Shown here: positions 27,805-39,008 of the stretch, piece by piece
How positions within the stretch are numbered: the first letter of the stretch is position 1
How the letters are laid out: the number at the start of each line of letters is the position of its first letter
Assembly: GCA_903813345.2 (NCBI GenBank)
Contig: CAIIXF020000001.1
Span: forward strand, 41,912,001-41,976,000
DNA length: 64,000 bases
Reading direction: 5' to 3'
Source of the DNA: Owenia fusiformis
Taxonomy: Eukaryota
Translations under genes and position numbers: made by a program
Notes under the pieces: generated by a model
Told to the model about the DNA's origin: nothing
Databases searched by the model: none
Seen by the model: the letters and a program-made list of their open reading frames with translations, nothing else

Positions 27805-29064
27805 CACGGTGTTATAGCATGACAGTTACGACACCTCTGAAAACGAGATTAGACGACGACGATCACTGATTTAGCCAATAAAATGGCCGCGATGGAACAG
27901 AAAACTAAGGTTGGTGCATTATTTTCTTCTACTGTGTATCAATGAAAGGATGAACGATTGTTGTGGGCATCGCATTCGGTGATGCATTTAGTAATGTATA
28001 TTTTGAACGTATTCTTTGCAAATTGATGCCCGGGGATAACATGAAATAAGCGAAAAACAGTTGAGTTTGAAATTCAAAACTCCACAAAATTAGTAATTTG
28101 TTTGTTTTTGTCGTTAGGGCATGGTCTACATTGCCTAACGACCTCGGGGTATATAGATGACTTAGATGTAACCTACATACGGTCATAAAAAGCCAATTGA
28201 GCATTGGAAACAACCTAATATGTTGTACTTAAGCCATAATATTGTATTTTTAATTTGCGTTTACGCAAAAAATTGATTGACGGTTATATGTTTATTGTAT
28301 CTCAGATTCATTGTTATTAATTTTGTCATATTCATCAGAACTTCAGGCTAATTCTTCTTCTGCCTCTTCATTGCTATCTTTTTGACTTAATTGGTTTTAT
28401 AAATAAAGCAAGACACAATTTTTTCCTTGCCCTATAGAGGCTCAAACAAGAGCGTCTCTTGCGAGTCCTGAAAACAAATATAAGCAATTCAATATTCCAT
28501 TTTTTACCCATTATAACAATAACGTGGAAAGAGGCTATCAGAACTAGCAACCTTGACTTGAAAGATGTACATGCACGTAACCGTCCGCTAAATATCTAAT
28601 GCACATCTAATACAATACGTTACCGTCCATAGAATTCATGCGTAGTCGTCTAACTAGATTGCGTTTGAAACCTTATTATTTACAATATGACCACGTTCCT
28701 GTTCTGGATTTGTTATTTTATGGCTTGTTTATACACAGTTTACTTACTGTTAATAGTTTGAGTGGCTCTGGGGCACATATACTGAGAAATCACGAGAATG
28801 GACTGAAAAATATGACATCGCAGTCGGTAGGTTTACAGCTTATATTCCACTTCTAGTAAACCACCTGGCAGATTTGACCCAGTCTTTATAACCATCCATA
28901 TATACGTCACCGAATGGAACTAGTTGAAAAGGAAATCTTATCTGTGAATATTGCCTACAGGCGAGAAAGAGGACACGCTGTCTTTCCCATCCGCCATTTT
29001 TTGTTATCGTTACCGCAAAATTTTGCAAAACGCCTTGACGTAACCGTCATGCTATAGCACCGTG
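27805..29064. mobile_element. Non-autonomous TIR DNA transposon with CACGGTG termini and TATAT target-site duplication (Transib-like or CMC-like)
   Basis: Left end is TATAT|CACGGTGTTATAGCATGACAGTTACG and right end is CGTAACCGTCATGCTATAGCACCGTG|TATAT (26-bp TIR, 2 mismatches). There is no transposase ORF. It lies between fragments of a Harbinger-like MITE family (GCCTCA.TCACATTTG at ~27,711 and ~29,074). Confidence 0.75.
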
Positions 29065-29987
29065 TATATGAAAGCCTCAGTCACATTTGTAACGGTGGCC
29101 GTGCGGCGAATTTTGTGAAGACATAAAAACCACGGTTGCTGTACGGCTTATAAATTATGGCGCGTGACCAGGATTAAATTTTGGCGAGGCAAGTTTTCAG
29201 CCGAAATGTTTTAAAATAAAATGAAAAATTCGACCCCATCCTCCCCAACCTCTTTAAATACGAAGTAAAACAGTATAACATAATCCAGGTAATCTGATTG
29301 AAGGTGGTTATTATAAAGGTAGAAACAGATGTAAGATGTGTCAGCAAGAAACTTGCCCGACTGACCAACCAATATATTTTCTTAACCGTCTCAAACTTAT
29401 TATCTCCAAAAAGAGAGAGGGTAATTTGAACATCAACATTTGAAAATTTATGGAACAAAGTACATGTAACTTTGCGGATTTAAAGAACAAAGTATAACAT
29501 GAAGGAGTGAAATGAGTCAAAATTATTTTTAAATTAAGACAAACTTAAAAGGATTTGAGTTGGATTCGCCTTTTATACGCGAGCCGACACACTCGCAAAC
29601 GCTGATTGGATAAAGATTGCGAGAATCTTTAAACCAGACATCAACAATTCTGAAAATTTTACACATCGTCAATCTAATGATCATCTTTTGAATGGTAACA
29701 GTTTAATTTGAAAAAGATATACTTTTCTCCATACTGTTTTAGAAAACACACCAGACACTTCTTTTGTTCTTGGTCTCATATGTTCGGAATGAAACGAAAC
29801 ATCTATCCGAATCTCATTGGATCAAAACGACATACAAAGTGTAAATTATCCTAAATATCCACATAGATTTTTGAAAAATTTTGTCCACTTTGTTAAGTAT
29901 TGCTTTGTAATCATGAAGATAATGTTAGTGCAGATTTACCTTACGCCTAAATTCTCCCACGGTATCTATTATCGTATCTGGCATATA

Positions 29988-30160
29988 CCGGTGTAAAAGG
30001 GTAGGAGGTGCTATCAAATTATGGTCCTACTTTCCATGGATTTATATGGTGACCTAAATACAACTCTTTCCCTTATCATCATATCCACAATCAGGGCCAG
30101 TAAGGGCCTTTAAGAAAGGGGACCATAATCCCCAGGGGACAATAATTTCTTTTACACCGG
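29988..30160 (+). mobile_element. 173-bp MITE-like element with CCGGTGTAAAAG TIRs (second, inverted copy at 44,743-44,913)
   Basis: Ends read CCGGTGTAAAAG...CTTTTACACCGG, and a close reverse-complement copy lies inside the CACTA element. Confidence 0.75.
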
Positions 30161-31232
30161 GATCCATTTTGATACTTTTCTGTTGAGCTGTTATTTTTAG
30201 GATAAATGTACGCATACAAATTGAAATTCCTGAAAAAATCGTTTGACTGACAAATGAATGCTAAATAGGAAGTTTAGCCCTACTTGGTGATCACCCTATA
30301 TAATGTATGTGAAATATCTTTGGACTAGAGTGGACTGGGTTTATAACAGTCCTTAGCGCAGAATTTCATTAGATGTATTTTCATTAAATGTTGAGCCTAA
30401 GTGCCATTGTAGTTAATTGAATATGCCAAAATATGTTTTGCAAATTGTAGATACACGAAATCAAAATTCAAATGAAGCTCCGTAATTTCTTATCTTTTTT
30501 AATTTTGGTTTTTGTTATGGGTACAAAAATACTCTTCAATTAATATGTGCTAATGAAATTACACAGAACAACAATGCACTATTCATTAAATAAATGACAA
30601 TCAGAAATATGAATTTTCAACTTTCATGCATGCAATATGTTAAGGATATTTGGATAAAACATCTCATAACCCTAGATTAAGTGAAAACATGTCTGATTCA
30701 TTGTCAAAATTGGTGATACCATGGGCTTTCAACTAGAAGGGTAGGCAACTTCCCATATTTCATACATAAACATTGCCATGGGTTTTCAAAATTGGAGAAT
30801 GTACACATTCCAAGAAAATCTTATTTTGTACTTTTTATTGATGATTAAAAGAAATAACTCAAAAATAAAAACATGATCTTCTACATACATCTTGATAATT
30901 TAATAAAAATTGGAATTTATCATGATTATGACAATACAGAAAGTGAACATTCTCCCACAAATTATGTTTTTATTGGAATGTGTTCTTGAATAATTACCCA
31001 CAATGCAATACTCAAAGAGAACATCCGAACTCCCGTGCAGTGATATATCTATACCGAGACACTGCATAGGAGTTCGAGAGAACATCTTGATAACTCTTAT
31101 TCTTATTGGTCTCTTTTGTTTACTTTTATATGATATTGAATATATTTTATGCTTAAATCATATTAAAAATTGATTTTTATTCAAAATAATACTAAAACAT
31201 ATACATTTATCTAATACTTTTTGAAATATTGC

Positions 31233-31240
31233 TATAAAAG
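31233..31240 (+). promoter_or_regulatory. Candidate TATA box of the T-box gene
   Basis: GCTATAAAAGGG lies ~710 bp upstream of the first in-frame ATG. The context is AT-rich, so this is weak evidence. Confidence 0.25.
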
Positions 31241-31946
31241 GGAAGCATGTCATTGCTCATTTTGAAGGTCTCATGTTAATATGATTTTTCAAGGTCGTGA
31301 TTAATACTTTGAGGAAACTTATAGAAAAATGATAAATAGAAATAACACTTTACAGAGCCTCCCTCGCGCCCCTGTACGGCATTCTTGATTCATTGCAAAT
31401 CATCCTCATTGGTTGAGAGTAAACAATAACAAACATCAACAATGGTTCATAGATACTAATTAGCAAGCCGGAATCATCTTTTGAAGCCCTATGCCAAGTA
31501 ACTCCAACAGTCAATGCGAAGAAATCGGACGAGACACTTGTTAGAGTAGCCAGTATATCTTTGAGTAGATTAATTACTGATAACGATTCTACCTAAAATG
31601 AAGACATAAATGAATTAGACAAATAGAAGTCCTAATTCACAATCAGTGCGGAATAATCCATATACAGTTGAGCAAAGGATCTAGTTCATTCATGACAATT
31701 ATATTTTGAAGATAGAAAGCAAGTAAGTTGGAACAAGAACGGAAATTGGTTGTGTCAATATTGGATTTGTTTACTCAATAATAATCGCTTATTTCGAGGA
31801 AACATTCATACTGTCCTTTGCTCATCAAGAGGTCGACTCTAACTGAATTGTGGATTCGAGGAGAGACAACAACGAGAAGGTGTGACCAACAAGTTCGAAC
31901 AACACCTAGACTTGTCAAACTAACCTGTAACTTTTCGAAGGTGAAC

Positions 31947-32617
31947 ATGATAAAATCAAGGATTTGTCTAGAAGGAGATGACTCCTCGAGTCACAACAGC
32001 GACGATCAAGATGAAGTATTTTACGATGAAGCTATTCTACCAAAATCAATATCGCAGAACAATCAAATCCAATCAGATGCGAAAAATGCCTTTGCCAAAA
32101 ATGGGAACAATGCTTTCAAAAATGCGCTTCAGAATCTCACAAATTATAGCTATAGCCAAGGAGTAGAGACAAATGGACATGTAAATGAATATAAGATAGA
32201 ACAGAGTCCATCCGTGATTGCTGCGCTGCAAAATGTCACCAGGGCAAGGAATGAAGCTCAAATAATGGCAGGGCAATACCCTCGAGAACCCAACATGGCG
32301 AACCTCATGGCTTCAAAAGGAAACGCAATGCAGTTGAACGAACACAATCAGCAAGTCGCAGAGCAAATTCCGTACGCGGTGAGACAGAACAACGGAATTA
32401 CAGGCCCACCGAGAAATATCTCCCCACAGCATCAGCAGGCCACGTATCCATACAACGGTATGCCCGATCAGAGGATGAGATCCACAGGCATTGGCTCACC
32501 CCCAGGGATTGCGAACGCCTCATCCACAGGCACGGCGAAGATTCATTTGTGCAATCAAGAGCTTTGGCAAAGGTTTCATCAACACACCACTGAGATGATT
32601 ATCACAAAACAGGGACG
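31947..32617 (+). CDS. Eomes: Eomes/Tbr1 coding exon 1 (N-terminal region and start of T-box)
   Basis: It starts at the first ATG of ORF 31818..32639 and ends ...AAACAGGGACG|GTATGT. The start codon choice is inferred. Confidence 0.85.
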
Positions 32618-35600
32618 GTATGTAACTTTCTTTGTATAGTGTGATGTTTTTTGCATAATAATCTTTATTTACATAAACGAAGCATCGGTGGGGAGGCCCG
32701 AGGTCCAAAGCCATATCAGGAACGTTCTTCAGGAGTTTGACTCAGTATTGTAACAAATCTTTCTTGAAACATCCGATATACACAGTATTTGTAATTATTC
32801 GTGGATGTATTTTTGTTTTTGGCTGATCAAAATGATGCCATATAAATAAAAATCCACTGCTATAGCAGCTATAAAATACCCTTGGTCAATGGATCATGGA
32901 TATATCAGATAATATATCAGATAATCTGATATTATATAATCTTTGCTATCAGCCCATCACATGAGAAGAATTGCATTTCATAATAAACAATGTATTCTAT
33001 TGTGCCAACATATTAACGCATACACAGGTGATGCAACTCATAATCAGATGAAATTTAACTGAGATGAAATATCTCAAAATACCTTAAATCTGGTCTCTTT
33101 GATCACCAGATCTACATGTAACCCATAATAACATGCCATCTCATGGCCGAGAAGAAATGAGATGTCATGGTTGTTGGTAACTTGATCGTCGACAACCTTT
33201 CATAGAGAATGCAGGTGCAAACATTCATTCATTTTCTTACTCAAAAGTTTTCCTAATTTTTGAATAATGCAGTCAGGTAGACTAGTGGAAACTTAAAATC
33301 ATTCAAAACTACAACCAAAAGTAGACTATACATTTCATCCTTTCACCTAGTTTCTTAATCCTCGTTTGCACCAATGTTATAAAATAGTTGTCAAGGATGA
33401 ATAATACGCGAGAACAACATGTAGCTAGGTTAATTTTAAAAATTCACCTCAGACTACATTCTTGCATCTTTTTCCATGGAAAAAAACATTTCGAAATTAC
33501 ATACATCGTGGTATTAATAGAAAGGATCATTTTGTTTTTTACTCATCAATTTGTTATTGAAACATATATAGCAACAGCAATTAATAGTATATAAAATTAT
33601 AGTAACCAAAAACCGGTAACCATAGCAAAAACAATTAGAAACGAACAAAAATGTAAAAATAATGTAACTTAATTTGATCAACGCGCCCACTTTGACTTCC
33701 CACACAAGGGGCAAATTAAGGGAGGTTTGGTAAAAATGGTAAACAACCATTGTTCTTATTTTTTCTGTTAATATCTATATCTGGTTCTTAGGTATGCTAT
33801 ATTTACAATCTTAGAATAAATTTGAAACTACCTATTTCAACATCAAACAGTTCAGCGGAAACAATTAAACAATTGTTTTTAAATGATATCTATAAACAAC
33901 AACAAAATATTATATTCGGAAGTCTACCTCCAGTTTATTGTTTTAATTGATTTCAATGAATCCGTCATCAAAGAGCTAATTTATATTTCTGGCGGAAACG
34001 ATATCTCTGTTTGATCTGCCTTATTAGTCCTCAATTAAACTACTTCAATCGGATTCTTATGAGCTTGTTTAATAACATGTTGTTATTGTCTTGATAATAG
34101 GAAAACAAAGGAAACGATACATTCATATTAGTACCATCAAAGTGTTGAGTTAATTGATTGTTTTAGTTTAAGAAACGCTCACTCGAATTTATTTTTGGCT
34201 TGTGACATATTTCTTTTGTAGCTCTCCCAGATTTGATTAATAATTATGTTTGTTCGTTTTTTTTTATTTATGTTTGTTTGCACATTTAGCCAAATCACAT
34301 ATTTAACTTGTGTAATAAAAAAGTAGTCCTGAACCAAACCTTTTTATTTTAAAGACTTTATAGTATTATTAGAGACTTAAGTACCGCTTGTTTGTATTTT
34401 ATGTTGTTTGTGTGTGGCTTCTTGCTTGCTTCCCCGCTTAGTGCATGTCCCGCTTATATGCTTTTAGGCGCATGTTCCCCGTGTTCCAGCTTAGCGTGTC
34501 TGGCTTAGACCCCCAAAAGCACTACAATGTCTTCGTAGACATGATTGTCGCGGATCCTAATCACTGGAAATTCCAAGCCGGCAAATGGACCCCGTGTGGT
34601 CAAGCGGACCAGATGCACCATAGTAAGTATACACTGTTCGGATTTGTAGCTTATGTTGGACTTATGCTGTCTGTATTTGAGAGAGGTGTTAAAAAGGCCA
34701 GGGACAGTGGATATTAGCAAAAACAAGTAAACACAGCAACCATTATTGTTTTTTTCAACAGGAATGACTGCATGGATTTTATATCGTTCTATAAAAGTGC
34801 ATCGCTGTGGCTATTTTCTATTTATTCAAGACCATTTTGTTTTAAGACGTTCTGATATGCAAATCCATTTTAACTGATGAATTTGCGAAACGTCTCTGAA
34901 ATCAAACTCTTTGATGGAATATATTTGAATTAATTATATATTATTGTTGTTCATTATCTTAATGCATTCGATAATCAACGAGAATATACATGTACGTGTT
35001 CACCTTGTGTGATATACTTTGATCTTTTACAATGCCTTAATATAAATATATACTGACTTATTAGTGAAATTACATATTTTAATAATCATTATACATACAT
35101 CAGCTTGTTAATTAGGATGGGTGTGAAAGTATATCTAGTCACGCCCTGTCACTCATAGGGCTATCTTTGATACCAACTCCATTGATGTTACGCACGCGAG
35201 AATACCAAACTGTCAAACGTGTTGTGAATTTCAGACTAATAAGGGGATTTTTCAGCTGTGTCTTCTTGTGATTGCTAATTTGCACCAAGCAGTCGGTTCT
35301 AGCAGGAGTACAATATAGAATCTTTTGTTACTCTTAACCCTAACCATTTTCTCAGAGAATAAGTCATTAACTTGTTTTTAATTTTCTGTTTGAACTTTGC
35401 ACAACAGTTACTCGGATCTATTTTGATGAAAACTTAAAATTTCCAACACTTCAATTTTGCGCTCTTAGGATGCAATCTTCTCAGACCCCTTGTCCCATAT
35501 TCCCCAGATTACCAGTTACTTTCATCTTATTGTGTTTTACTTTCAGACGGCCGTGTTTACCTGCATCCTGACTCACCCAACACAGGTTCACACTGGGAGA

Positions 35601-37657
35601 AACAAGACATTATCTTCAACAAACTCAAGCTCACAAACAACAAGAACTGCGATCAAGGATATGTAAGTGATTTCAATATATTTTCTGGGGTTTCTTTTTC
35701 TTGCATTCGCTTAATGTGGCGCACTCAATGCTACCCTCGAATATACCGAACTCAGCCATGCTGCAGGATTCATTCATGACAATCCAAACTTGTAATCTAA
35801 AATGAATTGATATTTATTTCGAAGATTTGCTAATGCTAATTTTGATTGAAGAACGGGTGATTTATTGACCGAGCCTTTAGTAAACCACCAAATTCTAGTT
35901 CTTTATAACAGCATAAAATGAAATGAATAAAAGATGTCGAGCAAAGCAAAGCAGACAGTAAATTGACTATAATATACATGATATAGGTTTAGGCATCTTT
36001 CAATTCAGATGACAGGCTCGTTTTCTACCTCGTCGAAATCCAGACATGTTGGGCTGTCTCATTGTAATTGTAATGTAATGCAATACAATTATGTAATGCA
36101 AGAAAAATGCAATTACGTTTTGTTTTATATTGTATTTTATTGCCTTATGTTACATTGTTTTGTATTGCAATTGTATTGTCTTGCCTTATACTGCATTGCA
36201 ATTGTATTGCATTGTGTTGCATTATTTGCATTGCTATTGTATTGTTTCGCCTTGGATGATACAATGTCTTCAATCACTCATCGCACGTATTTCAGATGGT
36301 GCTCAACTCGATGCATAAGTATCAGCCACGCATCCACATCATCGAGGTGAACACTGCTGGGGCCAGGGAACAGAAAAACCTACAAACCATCAGCTTCCCG
36401 GAGACGCAGTTCATCGCCGTCACTGCTTACCAGAACACCGACGTAAGTCAATATTGCAGTGGTTACATTGTATGAGTCAAAATGTTTTTTAGAGCCCAAT
36501 ATCGAAACTTGTTACGTGAAATACAATATTGGAATTAAAATTAAAGTAAAGGATGGGTAATTAGAGGCCGTTTTTAGTAAATCAACTTATTTTGCTAGCC
36601 TCTATAAATTGAAAGGTTTAAGAGATAGCCGTGATGTGTTTGGAGAAAGGCAAATTCATTAAACTCTTGAGGAATGCTAGATATATAATATTGAATCTTT
36701 GTTGTATTATTTTAGATAACACAACTGAAGATAGACAACAACCCTTTTGCCAAAGGTTTCCGGGATACGTCCTTTGATCGCGTTCGAGATATGAGAGACC
36801 GTTTCAGGGAGTACCCACACAACGGCCCGCATGCAGCCCCAGTGGCAATCGCTCCAGTGCCTCGCCCCTATAGCCAACCACATCCTGCCCAATATACACA
36901 ACAGATCCCGTCTCAGTACGAAAGACCAGGAGTTCCAACAACAGGGATGTACAACATGACATACGACCAGATACAGAGGGTAGCCCCACAGACACCATAC
37001 CACACCATTGACGAGAGGGAATCGTATGTTCCAAATGGAGATTGGACTATGGGACAAGGCTATAGACAGTACCCAGGCGCCTATGAATCTGCTCCACTGT
37101 CCAACTGTCAGCCAATCACCGAAGAGATGCAGCCTCCGATAGATTACACCAACTTTGGTCAGCTAAGGAACACATCTCCGACTTCCGTCTACTCAATAAC
37201 ATCTCCTTTATCATCGATAGGAACAACACAAAACACCAAAACGGAACCTCTGGACCTGCAGTCATCGTATGTAGAGTACAAACCGAGCCTTGTATCAATG
37301 GAACCCTCACAATCAATGGCGGGAAAACGATCGTTCGATTCCTATTTGGTTGAACCTGAAACAACCCCGAGTGACAGCAATGGACCAACAATGAAACGTC
37401 AAAGACTATCAGATGGAGAGTCACCCACATCTAGTTCCCCGGATGTCGATTCTTCCTTAGAGGACCCTCAGATTACAGGGATTGACACAGACGGACAATT
37501 CACCTTTTTCTCTAGACCAGAAATGGGTCATTATCATATGTCGGACATATCATCTGTCCATGGTTTCGGCACGTCTGGTGGAGCAGATATTATGGACACT
37601 AAGTTTGGAGCTTTTCAAAATGGACAGACATACTCTGAAGATTTGAATAAAATGTAG
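31947..37657 (+). CDS. Eomes: Eomesodermin/Tbr1 (T-brain) T-box transcription factor; join(31947..32617,34468..34622,35547..35662,36296..36442,36716..37657), 676 aa
   Basis: The spliced translation gives a complete T-box: [28 protein letters not shown]...[28 protein letters not shown]..|[16 protein letters not shown]...[22 protein letters not shown]...[66 protein letters not shown] and a C-terminal KRQRLS are characteristic of the Tbr1/Eomes/Tbx21 subfamily. All introns are GT-AG and in phase (total 2,031 nt). Confidence 0.93.
34468..34622 (+). CDS. Eomes: Eomes/Tbr1 coding exon 2 (155 bp)
   Basis: Boundaries are TTTTAG|G CGC ATG TTC CCC...CAC CAT A|GTAAGT, encoding [25 protein letters not shown]. 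Confidence 0.95.
35547..35662 (+). CDS. Eomes: Eomes/Tbr1 coding exon 3 (116 bp; not in the ORF track)
   Basis: Boundaries are TTTCAG|AC GGC CGT GTT TAC CTG CAT CCT GAC TCA CCC...GGA TAT|GTAAGT, encoding [38 protein letters not shown]. Confidence 0.95.
36060..36250. repeat. Degenerate pentanucleotide microsatellite (AATGY/AATAC switching to ATTGT/TATTG) in intron 3
   Basis: The run ATTGTAATTGTAATGTAATGCAATACAA...ATTGTATTGCATTGTGTTGCATT ends ~45 bp before the exon 4 acceptor. Confidence 0.8.
36296..36442 (+). CDS. Eomes: Eomes/Tbr1 coding exon 4 (147 bp; not in the ORF track)
   Basis: Boundaries are TTTCAG|ATG GTG CTC AAC TCG ATG CAT AAG TAT CAG CCA...AAC ACC GAC|GTAAGT. Confidence 0.95.
36716..37657 (+). 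CDS. Eomes: Eomes/Tbr1 last coding exon (end of T-box plus P/S/Q/Y-rich C-terminus)
   Basis: TTTTAG|ATA ACA CAA CTG AAG ATA GAC AAC AAC CCT TTT GCC AAA GGT TTC CGG GAT continues in frame with ORF 36791..37657 to TAG. Confidence 0.92.
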   Translation: MTQLKIDNNPFAKGFRDTSFDRVRDMRDRFREYPHNGPHAAPVAIAPVPRPYSQPHPAQYTQQIPSQYERPGVPTTGMYNMTYDQIQRVAPQTPYHTIDERESYVPNGDWTMGQGYRQYPGAYESAPLSNCQPITEEMQPPIDYTNFGQLRNTSPTSVYSITSPLSSIGTTQNTKTEPLDLQSSYVEYKPSLVSMEPSQSMAGKRSFDSYLVEPETTPSDSNGPTMKRQRLSDGESPTSSSPDVDSSLEDPQITGIDTDGQFTFFSRPEMGHYHMSDISSVHGFGTSGGADIMDTKFGAFQNGQTYSEDLNKM

Positions 37658-37884
37658 GCCTTAAATGTTGACAGCATAATGTGTATATAATTTGTGAATA
37701 GGTATTTATTTTTCTGTGTGTTCATTCACACATACGGACAAACAAATTGCTCATCTGTCGCTATTGTTGGTTACCAGCAATGGTATCTAAGCTAGACTAC
37801 GTCGAAAGCTCATTTCCGTTCAGTCAAACTGAATAATTATAGATATTATTGAGTATTTTCTGTATAAAAAACTAGAAATGTAAA

Positions 37885-37890
37885 AATAAA
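37885..37890 (+). terminator. Candidate polyadenylation signal of Eomes
   Basis: AATAAA lies ~230 nt after the stop codon and is followed by GT-rich sequence (GTGTGTATTTGT). Confidence 0.4.
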
Positions 37891-38584
37891 TGATGTGTAC
37901 CATATACCAGTGTGTATTTGTAAAAATCTAATATCATGTTTTTAGTACTTTTTACACTCCGTTGAGATCGGACATAATTAATTACAATACTCTCTCATCC
38001 CAAGAGACCCGACTGATGAAAATATGAAATAACTCCTTTGTTATTTATCAGACAAATACATATTTTATTCCAGACCACAGTTCAAATGATGTTATTACAA
38101 CTATCAATCTTGTAAAGTTGAGAACCAATCAAAAGTGTGTTAAAACATAACATACTGTATTTAAGCACATTCGCTAATTTATCAATTGTCCGTAGCCAGC
38201 TTTCACCAAGTGGGATGGAAGGGGGGGGGGGGGGGTTCAGAGGCGGGAGCCTTTTGACAGTTTTGGCTAGAAAATCATGAAAAAATTGCTCATAATTGTG
38301 AATTGTGAAAAACTGCTGATTTCGAAATAATTTCTGGTCCGGGGGAAGCATTTAAGTCATATTAAGCTTAACAGTTATACATTTTAAAGTTATAAACGTT
38401 ACAGTTTTTAAAGCCATCAGTGGCTAAAACTATTCCACGTGATCCACGCTACAAGGAACTATCGAATGCATGAAACAGTATAGGCTGACACAAACGGATA
38501 TCATTAGTTTTATTGTGGGGATAACGTGTAAAATGAAGTGTACTATTTTCAGCGTTATCGCATGTTCCTTTCAGAACTTAGATA

Positions 38585-39008
38585 TACAGTAGTACCAAAA
38601 AGTTCCGAAAAGTAAGCCCAATGTCCTGTTTAAGAACCCATACATATCTTACTTTTGAAAATGGATTCTAGCAATACTATCCCACATGAATATCTACTTG
38701 TCGAGACTTGATCAACCTGAGTTCTTCAGAGAAAATGAGGATTTCAGCAAGGATGCCATTAACAAATGGGGACATACACCATTGACCAATGACTTAGCAT
38801 CGGGATACCATCATGTAGGTCACCATGCTAAGTCAATGCACCCTTGCTGAAATCTTCATTTTCTCAGAACTCATTTGATCGAATCTCAACAAGTAGATTC
38901 CTGTTGGATAGTATCGCTTGAATCCATTTTCAAAGGTAAGAATATGGGTTCTTAAACAGGACATTAAACCTTAACTAAGGCCTTTTTGAGATTTTTGTTT
39001 AGTACTAA
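38585..39008. mobile_element. Foldback MITE (Tc1/mariner-like TA-CAGT left end)
   Basis: It has ~170-bp imperfect inverted arms, e.g. AATGTCCTGTTTAAGAACCCATA vs TATGGGTTCTTAAACAGGACATT. Confidence 0.7.

Noticed and set aside
31818..31946. TTG-initiated 43-aa N-terminal extension of Eomes, and read-through to 32,639
   Set aside because: This is an ORF-caller artefact. The first ATG is at 31,947 and the frame is spliced at 32,617.
36009..36350. Cys/Tyr/Leu-rich ORFs of 113 and 62 aa
   Set aside because: They are translations of the intronic pentanucleotide microsatellite, out of frame with exon 4.
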